Assembly (NCBI GenBank): GCA_030264375.1
Contig: JASCQW010000150.1
Location: 22,315,187-22,379,186, forward strand
DNA from: Carcharhinus longimanus
Lineage: Eukaryota
Direction: 5' to 3'
Length of the DNA: 64,000 bases
The notes below the pieces were generated by a model. That model saw nothing but the letters and a program-made list of their open reading frames with translations. It was not told where the DNA came from and searched no databases. A program made the translations under genes and the position numbers. Shown one piece after another: positions 39,721 to 53,337 of the stretch (position 1 is the stretch's first letter; every line of letters begins with the position of its first letter).

Positions 39721-41516
39721 CTAGTTACAAACAGAAGTGAGAAACAGTATTAGGTAGCAGTCTGAAGATGAAAACAGAAATAAAAAGATTTGGACAGAAA
39801 TCCCAATCATTTTCTGATGACATGGAAGAGACTTGCATTGATTTTTTGAATAGAAAATGTTCTATATTTGCTCGTACTAAAAAATGAAATTACATAAGTC
39901 CACAATAGTGTCATTGAAACTAAATCTAAATGATGGAGCTAAGATTTCTGAAACTGTTAAAATCAAGTGAAAGTTGCTTTATTTTTCTGCTCAAGCTATT
40001 TACATTGTCAGCAATACATACTCTTGCACTTCACTAAAATTCTAATACACATCATATCAGTGAAAGATACAATAAGCTACTTAATAAGATGCAGGGCAGA
40101 ATTCTCCTATTTTGAGGCTAAGTGCAATGGTGGGAGTCTCCACATCACTTGTCCTACTGACCAGAATAGCAGAATCCTGCACTTGGAACCTTATTAATTT
40201 TGCACAGACATCTGGTGGATTTGAAGGTTTCAGCACCATATTTAAATACCAATGCAGCACACTTGTCACTCTCTCTTGCCCACATCTTCACCAGATTGTG
40301 CAGTACGTCAGCAATGTGGAGGAAGCCTGTGCCTTGGTTTGGCCGCCACTGCCACCACCCCCCCCAACCTTCAAAGCAAGCAAGCCCCATTTGGACATCA
40401 GCCCATTTCAATTGGAGTCTGTGTATCACCCTCCACTAGGGGAGAAGGGAGGAAATTAGGGTGAGGAGACCCCTGCACTCCTTAACCACTGATCTGGTTC
40501 ACTGACAATGCTATCCATGAAAACCAGCTCAGCAATAAAGTAGAAGCAGGAATCAATGTACCTGGCAGTGGTATAGTGCATCAGGAGCAATGCAGCACTG
40601 ATAGAAAGTCGTTGTACTCATCTCAAAGACTTTGATAAACTGAGGACCACGTAGTGTACGCCACTCTTTGGAAATCAAATTTGATGCCAAAAGAAATTTC
40701 AAAGGGCCTGTTTGTGCTGTAGTTTTTCAATGTTTATTTGAGATACAACTGGACATTTGCATCACCTGCTAACGGGAAGAGCAACCCACTATTGGGAGAA
40801 TTGCAACGTGATTTTATGCCTGCGGGTTTTCAGCAGTTTCCCTGCACCCACTTGTCACCAAACCTGCCGCAGGCTGGTTGGCAGAATTCTATCCTGAGGC
40901 CTTCGAGGTCAGTGGGGAAGCATGTTGTTGTGATGTATTTATTTTTACATTAGGTAAAAGTAAACAGATTGAAATCTTTGAAAAAAAAGACTAAACCAGC
41001 CATCTGGACAACTGAATGAAATAGGGAGAACCGAGAGTCTTACAATATAATTTACATTAACAAGGAATTCCGTTAGAAGTTGGAACAATTGCTGCATCAT
41101 GCAGCAATGGTAGATTCGCTGCAAGCATTCAAAAGTGAGCTGATGAGGTCCTGGTGATTTTTAATTTCTTTAAATTGACCCAGGTTGTTGATTTGTCTTT
41201 GATTAAATCTTTTTCTTTCTCCCAGAAGAGTGGTTGCTGTTGTGGGAGTGATAGGGTTCTTGATCCTCAATTGCACAATGATCATACGGGTCACAGTCAA
41301 CTAATCTTTCATATTCCCATATGTAATATAGCCTCCTAATCTCAAGCACTTCCATACTGCTTTCTAAGGAAGAGAATTCTACAACTGACCTTCTGAGAGA
41401 AAACAATTTCAGGGAAAAGTTTAAAAAAGAACGACACCAATTATTCAGTGTGCTCCAAAAACTATACTACATATATTTCAATTATCGTTTTCTTTTGAAT
41501 CATTTCCTGTTCTCAC

Positions 41517-41732
41517 CTGGAATGGGAATAGAAGCAAAGCTTGCAGTCAGGGCCTGGCGTACTGCCTGCAGTTGATGTTGCAGCGTCAACGTTTGTCTCT
41601 CCTCCAGTGCCAACTCTTGTTCTAGTTTCTCTTTGGCACTATTCATACTCTCTATATGTTTCTGTAAGATAACATTCTGCTCTTCAAATTCCACATTTGA
41701 CTTCCTTAATTTTCGCAGTTCTGATTCACGGG
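41517..41732 (-). CDS. HMG20B: HMG20B coiled-coil exon
   Basis: 216 nt, ttcttttaag|...CAG|gtgaga. Encodes [72 protein letters not shown]. The [10 protein letters not shown] and [14 protein letters not shown] segments are HMG20B-type. Confidence 0.97.
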
Positions 41733-43225
41733 CTTAAAAGAAAAACAAAAACTCAACTAAATTCACATTTCGGAGCTTGGAAGTGAAGTGAAAAGTTGCA
41801 TATATTTCCTTAGCACTTTGTCTAAATAAAAGAGTACATTCATTTAAAACTCTTGATTTATATTATCTTTACCAAAGATTAATGCACTGCAGGAACACAA
41901 ACTTAAATTAGTGTGATCAGTCCCTTGTCGAAGTAATTAAAAGGTGGATGTTACTTTTTTCAGGTCCCGATGAGACTTTTACTCTTTGAAGAATTTACAA
42001 AACACAAAATCAAAGCATACCACACATATTCTATCTGAAAATAGACCAATCACATAGATATCAATGTTTGAAAACAAACATGCTCCAGGGATGCTTGTCT
42101 GGTCTAAAATTACTCTAATGGCTAGAAAAGTAGCTGGTTAATGCAGCTCCACGAGAGGTCTTAAAATATATAGAACAAGCACACATCCTGGAAAAAAAAG
42201 TTTGTTATGCATAGGCAACTTATCTTCTCAATCACCAAATTGAAAGGTATTATTCAACTGCATACAGAATCTGATGAACATCCTCCCCTTAAGGTTTTCC
42301 AGCCTCACCACCTCTAGATGTTCTATGGACAAGCCAAGGGGACCGGTGAAATCAGATACCATCTAATTGTTTTCATGCAAAGTTATTCAAACTATTTGTA
42401 TATAATGTGCTTTCTCTTGAGGGTAGACTAACATTGTACAGTTCTTTTAAATGCAACTTTGCTGCTTACTATTTCATGTCAAAATTGTTAAAACTTTAAG
42501 TTAAAATAAGGGGCAGTAAAATACTAAAATAATAAAAGTGATTTGCCAAATAACTCCAATGGGCCCTGGCAACTTGCATTACTGGATTATTTAAAGTTAC
42601 CAAGAAAAAAAAATGTTTTGTTTCCCTAATATGTTGCTCCCCTGAATTTAAGGAGCTAAATTCTGCATTCCACTGACCCTTGAAGTCACTCTCAATAAAT
42701 TGGTCATTTATTTTTACTCATGAGCACTACAAGGTGGTTTTGGCATGTTACATGACCAAGGGAACACAATCCTATCATTCATTATGTACAAATTAGGATT
42801 ATTTTCCCCAAAATTTACTTTTCACTAACTTCTATCTACAATGATTTTATATTGTTGGGACTAAATGCTAATAGTGAAACATTGATTAATAATATCATTT
42901 GAGAGCAATGCTCAAATAATACTTTGAATAATTCAATGCTTGGCCTAATGACCTTATTTAGTAGATCAATGTTTTTCATTGATGCCAAGTTTTTCCAGAA
43001 GCCCTTTCCAGCAAGAGTGGAAACTGATAATTTTTCTGTTCCCTTCTCAGGAGATGCTGTAATAGCTCATCACACTGGAGACAAGCCAACTAGTTCAGAT
43101 ATCAACCCTGAGATCACCTCAGTCTGCATGCCTCAGCACTATACCATAGTTTGCATCTGTCCACTAAACAAATCTTAATTTCCAAAGCAGACAAGCAGCA
43201 TAAACACCAAGTAGAATTAAAATAC

Positions 43226-43304
43226 CTTTGGTCTGGTCAAGGAACTCTTCAGTAAAAATTGGGGTGTCAAACATGGAAATCCTGTCTGGTGAATCATCAG
43301 TGGC
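43226..43304 (-). CDS. HMG20B: HMG20B exon (ATDDSPDRISMFDTPIFTEEFLDQTK)
   Basis: 79 nt, taattcag|...AAAG|gtattt. Contains the HMG20-family FDxPIFTEEFL motif. Confidence 0.95.
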
Positions 43305-43324
43305 CTGAATTACAAAAGATAGAC

Positions 43325-44465
43325 ACATGAAACATTGACCAAATTCTTTGATAATTCAACAGAAAAATAGGCAAGGGTAATGCAGAAGCAATTTATCTAG
43401 ATTTTCAAAAGGACTTCAATAATAGGAGACACTGCATGTTGAGACTGATGAATAAAGGTCAAGGCAATCAGAGCCAGGGAAAAAGAGGCAGAACGAAAGG
43501 CTGGATGAAAGACATAAAACAGAAAAAAGATTCAGATTATTAACAATGGAAATTGAGATCCCATGAGGATCAGTGGCTCTCGTTCACAATTTATATCAAC
43601 ATTTTCAACTTTGGAATTAAAAACACAATCTCCTAATTTGCAGACAACTCAATTTAGGTGAAGATAATCAAACGATGAAGAGGACTGCAACAGATTATAC
43701 ACAAGACAACATTAATAAACTTGCAAAATAGGTATATAGATAATTCACGGGCAGATGAATTTCAACATAGGTAGGCCTGAGGTATTACATTTTGATCAGA
43801 AAGATAAGGTCACATATTACTTAGAATGTAAGAATCTAGGGGGAGTAAAAGGAAAAAGAGATTTGGAACAACACATGTAAAGTCATTTACAAAAGCAAAC
43901 GCAATTTGCTGGGTTTTCTAGAGGGAAATAATTTCAAAATTGATAAATTATTAAAATTTGTATCAATCTCGATTCAACCACACTTATTACTATGAAGTTC
44001 TGGTCAGCATATTGAACTATTGAGACTGAAAACAAAAAATGATGATACCAGAACTATGAGGTTAAGCCTACCAGAAAAATAGTGAACAAGTTAAGTCTCT
44101 TTTCTCTTAAAGAGAGGCTGAGAACTAGCAGAGGTCTCAAATTGAGAGGTTTTGATAAACTAGTCAGAGAGTGCTTCCACTCATGGGAAAAAAATAAATC
44201 ATTGTAAGGTGGAAGTCAAACAGAATTTAAGAGCAACATCTTTACCAGAGAATGGTTAGAATGTGTAACTTGTTAGTTCTGGGTTTAGTTGAGTAAATAA
44301 AACAGATGCATTTGAGAAAAATCAAGAACACGAGAGGGAAGGGAAGGAAAGAGAAGAACGTTATACTGACGGAACTGGATTAGTAAGGATGGGAGGGAAT
44401 TAGGGTGGAGCATAAATATCAACATGAGCTGAAGGGTTTATATGTGCACTGAGACTCTATGCAAT
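43325..44465 (+). mobile_element. Degraded CR1 (RT to 3' end) in an HMG20B intron
   Basis: atttatctagattttcaaaagga (IYLDFQK), aatttgcagac (FAD), tttaccagagaatggttagaatgtg. Confidence 0.75.
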
Positions 44466-46559
44466 TTCAAGACAACTAGTGCTTTACTCCTTTATAATAC
44501 TGTGTTATTTTGCTTAAATTAGAATCTTATGTAAAATATATTGGTAAAAGTTAATGACATTGGTAACTTATTTTTACAATTTGTTCTTGGGAATATGTCG
44601 TCACTAGCAAGGTTGGCATTTCTTGGCCATTTTAGCTGCCAGAAAGGTGGTGGTGGACCACCATTTATATGATCTACTGTGCAATAGCTTTCTAGGCCAC
44701 TTCAGATGACAGTTAAGAGTTGCAAATACACCAGAGTGGGCAAGAGTAGGTTTTTTTTAAAACCTAGAAGACATTACTGAACCAGCTGTATTTTTACCAA
44801 AACCCGTTAGCTTAATGATAACTTTTTCAAAAAAGATTGTCAGATTAATCAGGACTTAAATTGTCAAATGTCATAGTGGGATCATCAGACTAAGCCTCCA
44901 GATTATTGGAAAAATAAATATATTCTAAAAACTTCTGGTATCAGGATGGTCATAGCCTAGAAGTATGACCTGGAGGATGTGCTATGGAACCCCTGGAAGT
45001 CCCAACACAAGAACTCCACTGTAATTGCCCAGGAAGTTTCAAATTCCAATGGAGAATTCCCCTGCTCCACACGACCCACTGAGAATGTCTCAAACTCTAC
45101 AAGTCAAGAGTTTGAGACTTCAGATAGCGCCAACTCACTTACCTGTGATAGATACCCAGGGAAACATTAGAGACAGTTCTAACTCCTGAGTGATTATACA
45201 ACTGACATTCTTGCCCCATAAAAAATTCCCGAGAAAAAAAGGATGTGGCTAGACTTCCCTGATGATTAAAAGAACAAAAAGAACAAAGAACAACCCAGCA
45301 CGGGAAACAGGCCCTTCGGCCCAACAAGCCCGCGCCGCCACATCNNNNNNNNNNNNNNNNNNNNNNNNNNNNNNNNNNNNNNNNNNNNNNNNNNNNNNNN
45401 NNNNNNNNNNNNNNNNNNNNNNNNNNNNNNNNNNNNNNNNNNNNTCCACCTAGCTACCTGTCCTTGTATCCCATGCGCCTTAACCTTTTCTACCAGCCTA
45501 CCATGAGGGACTTTGTCAAACTACCAGATGGGCTCCCAGAACAGGTATGCTCCGCACTTCTGAAGATGTGTGGTTTGGAAGTCCAGGCCAGAAATGTGGA
45601 ATTCCATCTTAGTGTAAAGATAGGGCAGCAGAGGGGCAATCTGACAGTGATTGTCACTCTTCAGAAGATCTGGCCTAATGTTTTCATTTCTCAATAATTG
45701 AAAAGTCATGAATCCATTCATTATTATCAAATTGTACCTGTAGGACAGCTGGGCCAAGAAATGAACGCATTCAGTATCTTCAAAGAAATGAGTAAGAAGG
45801 AAGTTAAGAATTTGACAAATATTGTTAGGAGCTACAAAGTTAGAGTTTGTCCTGTACAAGATGATTGCAAATTTAAACCCAAATTCATAGGTTTCAGTCT
45901 TTATGAACTGGAGACGCAAAAACCATTATAGTCATGGGAAGCAGTAAAGATGTTACCTAAAGAATGCAATCAAATCTAAAATATAATAATGGATTGTGAG
46001 AAATAAGTCTAATAGTTTATCCATATGGAAAAGCAGCTTTACTTGTGGTGCATGCAAGTTTGGGTAAATTGTGCAAATCTATCGAAATGTCAGATTTGAT
46101 TATCTGAACAACCTTTTTGCATTTTGTGCTTCATATTTTTAAAGTTTGTGTAAGCAATTGTAAATAGGACTATGATTTTTTTTAAAAAATTCAATTTGGG
46201 GAGTTTCAGGCTGGTGAAAAGTTGCATCTGAACAAGGAGGAGGAAAAGATGATACATTCAACATAAAGTATTAATAAAAACAAAGTACGAGAAACCTCAA
46301 GCAGGTCTCGTCACAGATACTGCCTGAGATTTTCTAGCTGTTTTTATTTCAGATCTCCAGCATTTTGCTTTTATTATGGTGAAGTATTAATGGTTACTTG
46401 CCATGGCTTCTATTAAATATAAAAACAACAATATTTGCATTACTTTCTTAGAGAATGAATGAAGTAATACATTGTGTATTTTTCATGCCATTTGGACAGT
46501 ACAGATATAACAACCTATATTGATATAATTTTGGAATTATCAAAATTTTTACAGCTCAC

Positions 46560-46597
46560 CTTAGGCACTGGTCCATTAACTCCTGGCCACAACTCTT
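46560..46597 (-). CDS. HMG20B: HMG20B small linker exon (EELWPGVNGPVPK)
   Basis: 38 nt, ataattttag|...AAG|gtgagc. Phase 1 in and phase 0 out exactly bridges the flanking exons. NG..K ending resembles the human NGHK exon. Confidence 0.82.
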
Positions 46598-46879
46598 CTA
46601 AAATTATGAAGTAAAAATGTTAGTTTTCTTTTAAGCTAAAATCTCTATAAAAACTTCATTTACATAGCACCATTGACATAGTATAACATCTCAAGGTTCT
46701 TCACAGGAATGATCAAAACAAAACTTGATATCAAGCCACACAAGATAATAGGACAGCTAACTAAAAGCTTGGTCAAAAAGGCAGTGCATTAAAAAGGAAG
46801 AAACAGAGGAAAGGCAGGAAGAGAGAATTAACGAGGAAAATCCTCAGTGCAAGGGTTAGCCAAACTGCACCTGCAGCCA

Positions 46880-48068
46880 TAATGGATTTTTAAAAGGGAA
46901 ACTGTTCAACTAATTTGTGTTTTTTTTTTAAAGAGGTCACAGAAAGGTTGATGAGAGTAATGCTATTAATTTGTGTATATGCACTGTCAAAAGGCATTTG
47001 AAACAGAGCCACATGATAGACTTGTCAGAGAAGTTATATAGCTCATGGAGTAAAAGAGGCAAATAGTAATGATCAATGGATATATTTTGGGCTGGAGGAA
47101 GGATTGTAGTGGAGCTCCCCAAGGATTAGTATTGGGAACCTTGCTTTTCCTGGTATATGTTAACAATCAAGATCATGGGGTGCTGGGGACAATTTCAAAG
47201 TTTGTGAATGACACAAAACTTGGACGCATTGTAAACAGCGAGGAGGACAGTGTAGAACTTAAAGTAGATATAGATAAGTTGGTGGAGAGGGCAGAAAGGT
47301 AGTAGATGAACTTCAATCCAGAGAAGTGAGAGGTGAAGTATAATGGTAGGACAGGGACAATATAAAATAAGGGCTAAAATTTTAAGGGTGTAGGAGCAGA
47401 GGGACTTGAGTGTATGCATGCATTGATTAGGACAGGGGAGAGTGCAGCTAATAAAACATACAGTATCTTGGGCTTTATTAATGGGGGCATACAGTACAAG
47501 AGCAAGGAGGCTATGCCGAACTTGTAGACAAGTTAGACCTCAGCTGGAATATTGTGTACAGCTTGGGCACCACACTATAGGAAGAATGTAAACGCACTAG
47601 AGACAGTGTGCAAAAGAAGTTTGCAAAAATTGTTCCAGAGATGAGTGAATTCAGTTATGAGGATAGACTGAAAAGGGTTAAGACAGTTCTCCTTGCAGCG
47701 AAGCCCAGAAGATTTTATAGAGGTGTTCAAATCATGAGACAGCTGGTCAGAGAAGATGGGAAGAAACTGTTCCCGCCTGTAAAAGGATTAAAAACGAGAA
47801 GGCACAGATTTAAAGTGATCTGCAAAAGAAGCAAATGTGATGACCGAAAAATCTTTTTGACACAGCAAATGGTTTGGGTCTAGAATGCACTACCTGGAAG
47901 CATAGCAGAGGCAGGTAAGAGAGTATTAGATGATTATTTGAATAGAAATGTGCAAGGACATGGGGAAAACATGTGACAATGAAACTAAGTAACAATCCAT
48001 ATTTGGAGAGCTGGTGCAGACATGATGGGCCCAGTGGCCTTTTTCAGCACCATAACAATTCTGTGATT
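46880..48068 (+). mobile_element. CR1 (RT to 3' end) in an HMG20B intron
   Basis: ORF 47069-47302 reads SGAPQGLVLGTLLFLVYVN...SKFVNDTKLG. Downstream reads RPQLEYCVQ and RRHRFKV. Confidence 0.9.
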
Positions 48069-49655
48069 CAATAGTAGAACATTTAAAATCATGAACGTGC
48101 GAAATGCCAGATTTGGAGAAGTGCAGAGATCTCAGAATTATTGAACTAGAGGGAGCCACAGATCCATAGCAAGGATGAGAATTCTGCAGGATCGAGAGCC
48201 AACATAGGTCAGTGAGCCAAGGGGCGATGGACAAACAGGATTTGGTATAGTTAGGACAGGGGCAGGAAAGTATTAAATAAATACAAGCATAAAGGAGGAT
48301 AAAGTGTAAGAGTCATATACAAGCATCACACCTCTTCAACCTAGATAGACCAACTTGTACAGTTCTCTCCTTCATTCTTAATTCCTCAGTCTACGCAACT
48401 GTCCCACTGTCAGACTTAAGCATGAGATGCTTTTCTAGCCAATTAATTGAATCACAATTATTTTACAATACTGTTATAAATAATCTTTACTATAACATTT
48501 TTCTATTGTCAACACATCACCAGCTTGTTTTGCAGAAAATAGTTAATCTTAAAAACTATTCCGAAATATTTTATTGTGCCTCACTTTTAAATCTACTCAG
48601 GAAGATCATACAGGGCAGGGATCCTCTTCTCCATTACTAAGTACCTCTTTGATACATTTTCCTCAAAACCATGCCCATTTCTTTAAAACTAAGACGTGAA
48701 GAACAATTTTTGTCTCCCAGGTACAGACCATCCATGCGATCATTTACGTTGCTATTTTTTATCCTGCTCCAAGCACCCAACTCTCCCAACAGTCCCTTCA
48801 CTATAACCCTGATCCTCCCAATCCTCTTACACTACTTTTACCTCTAGCTCCCATTCAAATTCTGACTACTTAACCACCCTTGCCCTGGCCTCCAGCAAAT
48901 TCAGATGCTCGCTGGCACCCTAAATCTGTTCCTCAAGCACAATCTCATTTCCTTGTAAAAATCACGATTATTCTGCCTCAAAAAAAATTTAGAACCTGCC
49001 AGCTATCCTTTCCTTTACAAAATGCTTTAACATATTCTCACTTCCCAGCTCTATGCCCAACTCTCCCAAAACTATTAAGTTTTCAATATCTGAAATGAGC
49101 TACTGCCATAACCAAAATCTCAAACTACATTCTCAGGTAACTTTGAATGCAATGAGTTTCCAGATCTCCTCTTCTCTATGTTTGACAATGCAAGTAAAAC
49201 AAAATATTCCTGCACTTCCTCAGCACTAAATGTGAAATGGAGGTGGGAGAATGTGGAGATTATACGGTAACAGTACATGGACAGAAGAGAACATTCACCC
49301 TATACAAAAATTCACAGTATTCCCCTGGTGAATTGCATTTTCCCAAATTTACAACAAATAGAAATGAACCAAGAGACATAGTGAAAGAATTTTATATACT
49401 GTGACAGGGCAAAAACTACCAATTTTGTGCCACTATTAAAATTGGACAAGAGTAGGAAGTGTACACTGTTCATCTTGTTGGAGCAGAATGCTGCAAGATG
49501 CCATTAATTCAAAGACATGGTAGAAATGCCAATTCTAAATAATTTTGATAAAGCTTGCTCTTGGACAGCAAGAGCACTAAAAGGTGATAGGATGCAAGTA
49601 CAAAAATTGTTATTTGAATAAAGATGTTCAGTCGCCCTGTACTCCAGGACCTTAC

Positions 49656-49694
49656 CTTTCTTTAGTTTCTTCTCATGAATTTTTTGTGTACTCA
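49656..49694 (-). CDS. HMG20B: HMG20B exon, 3' part only (rest lies in N-gap 49695-50355)
   Basis: Reads STQKIHEKKLKK-G|gtaagg, matching human CTEKIQEKKIKK-E, with a phase-1 donor. The C-terminal HMG-box helix is expected inside the gap. Confidence 0.9.
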
Positions 49695-50566
49695 NNNNNN
49701 NNNNNNNNNNNNNNNNNNNNNNNNNNNNNNNNNNNNNNNNNNNNNNNNNNNNNNNNNNNNNNNNNNNNNNNNNNNNNNNNNNNNNNNNNNNNNNNNNNNN
49801 NNNNNNNNNNNNNNNNNNNNNNNNNNNNNNNNNNNNNNNNNNNNNNNNNNNNNNNNNNNNNNNNNNNNNNNNNNNNNNNNNNNNNNNNNNNNNNNNNNNN
49901 NNNNNNNNNNNNNNNNNNNNNNNNNNNNNNNNNNNNNNNNNNNNNNNNNNNNNNNNNNNNNNNNNNNNNNNNNNNNNNNNNNNNNNNNNNNNNNNNNNNN
50001 NNNNNNNNNNNNNNNNNNNNNNNNNNNNNNNNNNNNNNNNNNNNNNNNNNNNNNNNNNNNNNNNNNNNNNNNNNNNNNNNNNNNNNNNNNNNNNNNNNNN
50101 NNNNNNNNNNNNNNNNNNNNNNNNNNNNNNNNNNNNNNNNNNNNNNNNNNNNNNNNNNNNNNNNNNNNNNNNNNNNNNNNNNNNNNNNNNNNNNNNNNNN
50201 NNNNNNNNNNNNNNNNNNNNNNNNNNNNNNNNNNNNNNNNNNNNNNNNNNNNNNNNNNNNNNNNNNNNNNNNNNNNNNNNNNNNNNNNNNNNNNNNNNNN
50301 NNNNNNNNNNNNNNNNNNNNNNNNNNNNNNNNNNNNNNNNNNNNNNNNNNNNNNNCACGACAGATCAGCCATGATCTTATTGAGTGGCGGGGCAGGCTCG
50401 AAGGGCTAGATGGCCTACTCCTGCTCCTATTTATGTTCTTTAAATTCCTTTTCCCAAGACACACTCGTGATATGCGCTTGATACATGGTGCAAAGTGTCT
50501 TGATTGACAGTACATTTAAGAAAACAATTGAAACATTCCCTGCTAACAGTCCATGTGGATGAGATA

Positions 50567-50856
50567 GGCAACACAGCATCTGGCACCACTACCTCTCAGC
50601 ATCAGAGACCCAGGTTAGATTCCAGTCTTGGGTGACTGTCTTGTGGGGTGTACACTTTCTCCCCATGTCTGCAAGGGTTTTCTCTGGGTGCTTTACTTTC
50701 CTCCCTTAGTCCAAAGATGTGCAGATTAGATGGATTGGCCATGGTAAATGCACGGGTTTATGGGGATATGGCTGAGGGAAGGCCTAGGTGGGGCGTTCTT
50801 TGGGAGAAATGGATGCAGACTCAATGGGCCGAATGACCTCTTTCTACACTGTAGAG
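50567..50856 (+). mobile_element. HE1-like SINE
   Basis: gagacccaggttagattccagtcttggg...gtccaaagatgtgcagattag...gggccgaatgacctc. Confidence 0.8.
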
Positions 50857-51409
50857 ATTAAGTACATTCTCAAATCCTTTGTCCAAGAATTATAGTAAAA
50901 TAATGATAACGGTCATCAGTTTCCATTACAAATGATTTAACAATGTTTATGTACACCACCTTCTATTTTTCTTAGAAACACAGGTATTAGTGGGTAATGT
51001 ACATACACATACAGCAATCACTAAGACAGAAAGCAGTTATCACAGCGGGAGATTGCACTGCCTGCTTAGCTTTTAATTGTTGGTTCTGCTCTGCAGAGTG
51101 GACATTCCAAGGCCATAAAGTGCTGCAAGTGAAAGCTTTACTCAAATCAGAAATTCTATTGACAGCGAGGGTCAGTAAAAAGCAGCATCAGGTACCATCT
51201 TCTACTAGGATGCGCAGTGGGGAACATATTAAGGAAGTGGAAAAGAGACTTGAGAAAGTGGACTTGAGAGCTTGGATTATGTTTGAGTAAATTTCATACT
51301 TGTCAAGGGCTAGTTGGCCTGCTGAAAATGGACAAAAACAAATATTACTTTATTTGTTTTTGATTTAAAATCTAGAAATTGTGAAGTAAAATTGTTTCCT
51401 TTTTTCCTC

Positions 51410-51790
51410 TTCATTTGTGCGTGGGATGTGGGCATTGCTGACAAGGCTAGCATTTGTTTCCCCATACCCAATTGTCCTTGTACTGAATTATTTGCTAGGG
51501 CCATTTCATAGGGAAGTTACAAGTCAACCACATTGCTGAGAGTTTGGAATCACATGTGACCAGACGAGGTAAAGATAACAAGTTTCCTTACCTGAAGGAC
51601 ATTAGTGAACGAGTGGGGTTTTTAATGACAGTTGATGCACCATTACTGAGACTAATTTTCAATTCCAGATTTTTATTAATTGGATTCAAATTTGACCAGC
51701 TCACATGGTGATATGTGAACCCACCTCCCCAGAGTATTAGCATGTCTGGGTTACTAAACCAGTGGCATCACCACTACTCCACCATCTCCC
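51410..51790 (-). mobile_element. tRNA-headed SINE (related degenerate copy at ~44580-44920)
   Basis: Minus strand reads gatggtggagtagtggtgatgccactgg...gggttcacatatcacc, with tail matching the 53338 family. Confidence 0.6.
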
Positions 51791-51869
51791 TCAAATATGA
51801 ATTATAAAATTTTGCACAATTCATAATTGCCTGTGGTCAGTCATTTTCCACTATTTTCTAAAAATGCAT

Positions 51870-52700
51870 TGCTGAGATGCAAGCATTGCTGATAAAGTCA
51901 GTATTTAACATCCATCTCTAATTTCCTTTGGAAAGTAAGTCAGTGACCTCCTGAAGAACTATTAGTGAGGTGTGGATGTTCCTGCAGCACCATTAGGAAG
52001 TTCCTTCATTGTTGCTGGATCAAAATCTTGGAATGGTGGCATAATTTCCACGTCAGGATGGCATGTGACTTGGAGGGAACTTGCACGTGGTGGTGTCCTA
52101 CGTGCCTGCTGCTTGTGTTTCTAGATGGTAGAGGTCACAGGTTTGGGCGTTGCTGTTAAAGAAACCTGGGTGGGTTGTTGCAGTGCATCACATAAATGGT
52201 GCACACTCAAGTCACAGTATGCCAGTGGTGAATGGGATGCCAATTAACTGACTGTTTTGCCTTGGCAGGTGTCAAACATCATGTGTTATTGGAGCTATAA
52301 TCATCCAGGCAAGTGGGGATTATTCCATCACATTCTTGCCTCATTGATGGTATACAGGCTTTGGAGAGTCAGGCATTGCAGAATTCCCAGCTTCTTGACT
52401 TGCTTTTTTTTTTGTAACCACAGTATATCTTGTCCACTTACATTTTTGGTCAATGACGATCCCAGGATATTGGTGATAGGGATGGAGTGGGGGATGTGGT
52501 ATTGGCAATGCCATTCAGACTTGATGGAAAGTAGCTAGACTCACTTGTTAAGAGATGATCATTGTCTGGCACTTGTGTAGCACAAACTTTATTGCCACTT
52601 AGCAGTCCAAGCCTGAAAGTGTTCTCGCTGCATGTGGCATAGGCTAACTGATAATTCCCATTGCAACTGCTCACGTTAACAATGGACAATCAGAGAGCAT
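51870..52700 (-). mobile_element. LINE 3' fragment
   Basis: Colinear with 13395-14030 (gacttggagggaacttgca..gtggtg..., tggtatacaggctttggagagtcagg). Confidence 0.65.
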
Positions 52701-52883
52701 CCCTATTTTTGACCCATCTAACAGATTCTTAACTTTTGCTTAATACTTTACCACCCTAGTCATTCAAAAACCTTTGAACATTTTCTTCCCCGTTACCTCC
52801 AGCTGCTGAAAAACAGCAGAACACAAACAATTATTTTTCAAAAAATACGCACAGTATTGAAAAACACAAATAAAAACACACAC

Positions 52884-53093
52884 CTGTTTTTCTAATGCAG
52901 GAAGTTTGCTCCATTCATTTCCAAGCATGCGTGTGATTTCTGGGAATGGCAGATCTGGGTGCTGCATCCGAATTTGCTCGCGACGCTCATTGAGGAATCT
53001 GACATACCCAGTCACAGGTGCTTTGGGTCCATTAGGTAAAACTTTCTTCCTTTTCTTTCCTTTTGGCCAACCTCGCTTTTTCACTACACGTTG
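52884..53093 (-). CDS. HMG20B: HMG20B exon: basic NLS-like stretch plus N-terminal part of the HMG box
   Basis: 210 nt, tttacag|...|gtgtgt. Encodes [70 protein letters not shown], nearly identical to recalled human HMG20B ([38 protein letters not shown]). Confidence 0.97.
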
Positions 53094-53337
53094 CTGTAAA
53101 ACAAAGATTAGCAAGTGCAGAGTTTAAAAAGAACAGACAACAATAATAAGAATTCAATCCACAATCACTGCGCTGTACCTCCAGTTAAAATACAAGAATA
53201 GGGCAGTCAATACTTGCCTTCACGTATTTTCCTCTGCCAATATTAGTATTGCAAACAATTTTTGTAATATACAATAGATAAATTCACCGACTAATTTATA
53301 TAAATTGGAATTTCAAGAACTAAGCCCAATCTTCGAT

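Noticed and set aside
40095-40895. Possible MITE with GGGCAGAATTCT-type termini
   Set aside because: The right end matches only partially and the interior is not clearly one element, so support is too weak.
45464-45931. Two collinear plus ORFs separated by one stop, with an overlapping 132-aa minus ORF
   Set aside because: No recognisable domain. The 5' part is CR1-derived and the region is intronic to HMG20B.
49504-50515. Long ORFs in the track (also 9877-10443)
   Set aside because: They consist mostly of N-gap translated as X.
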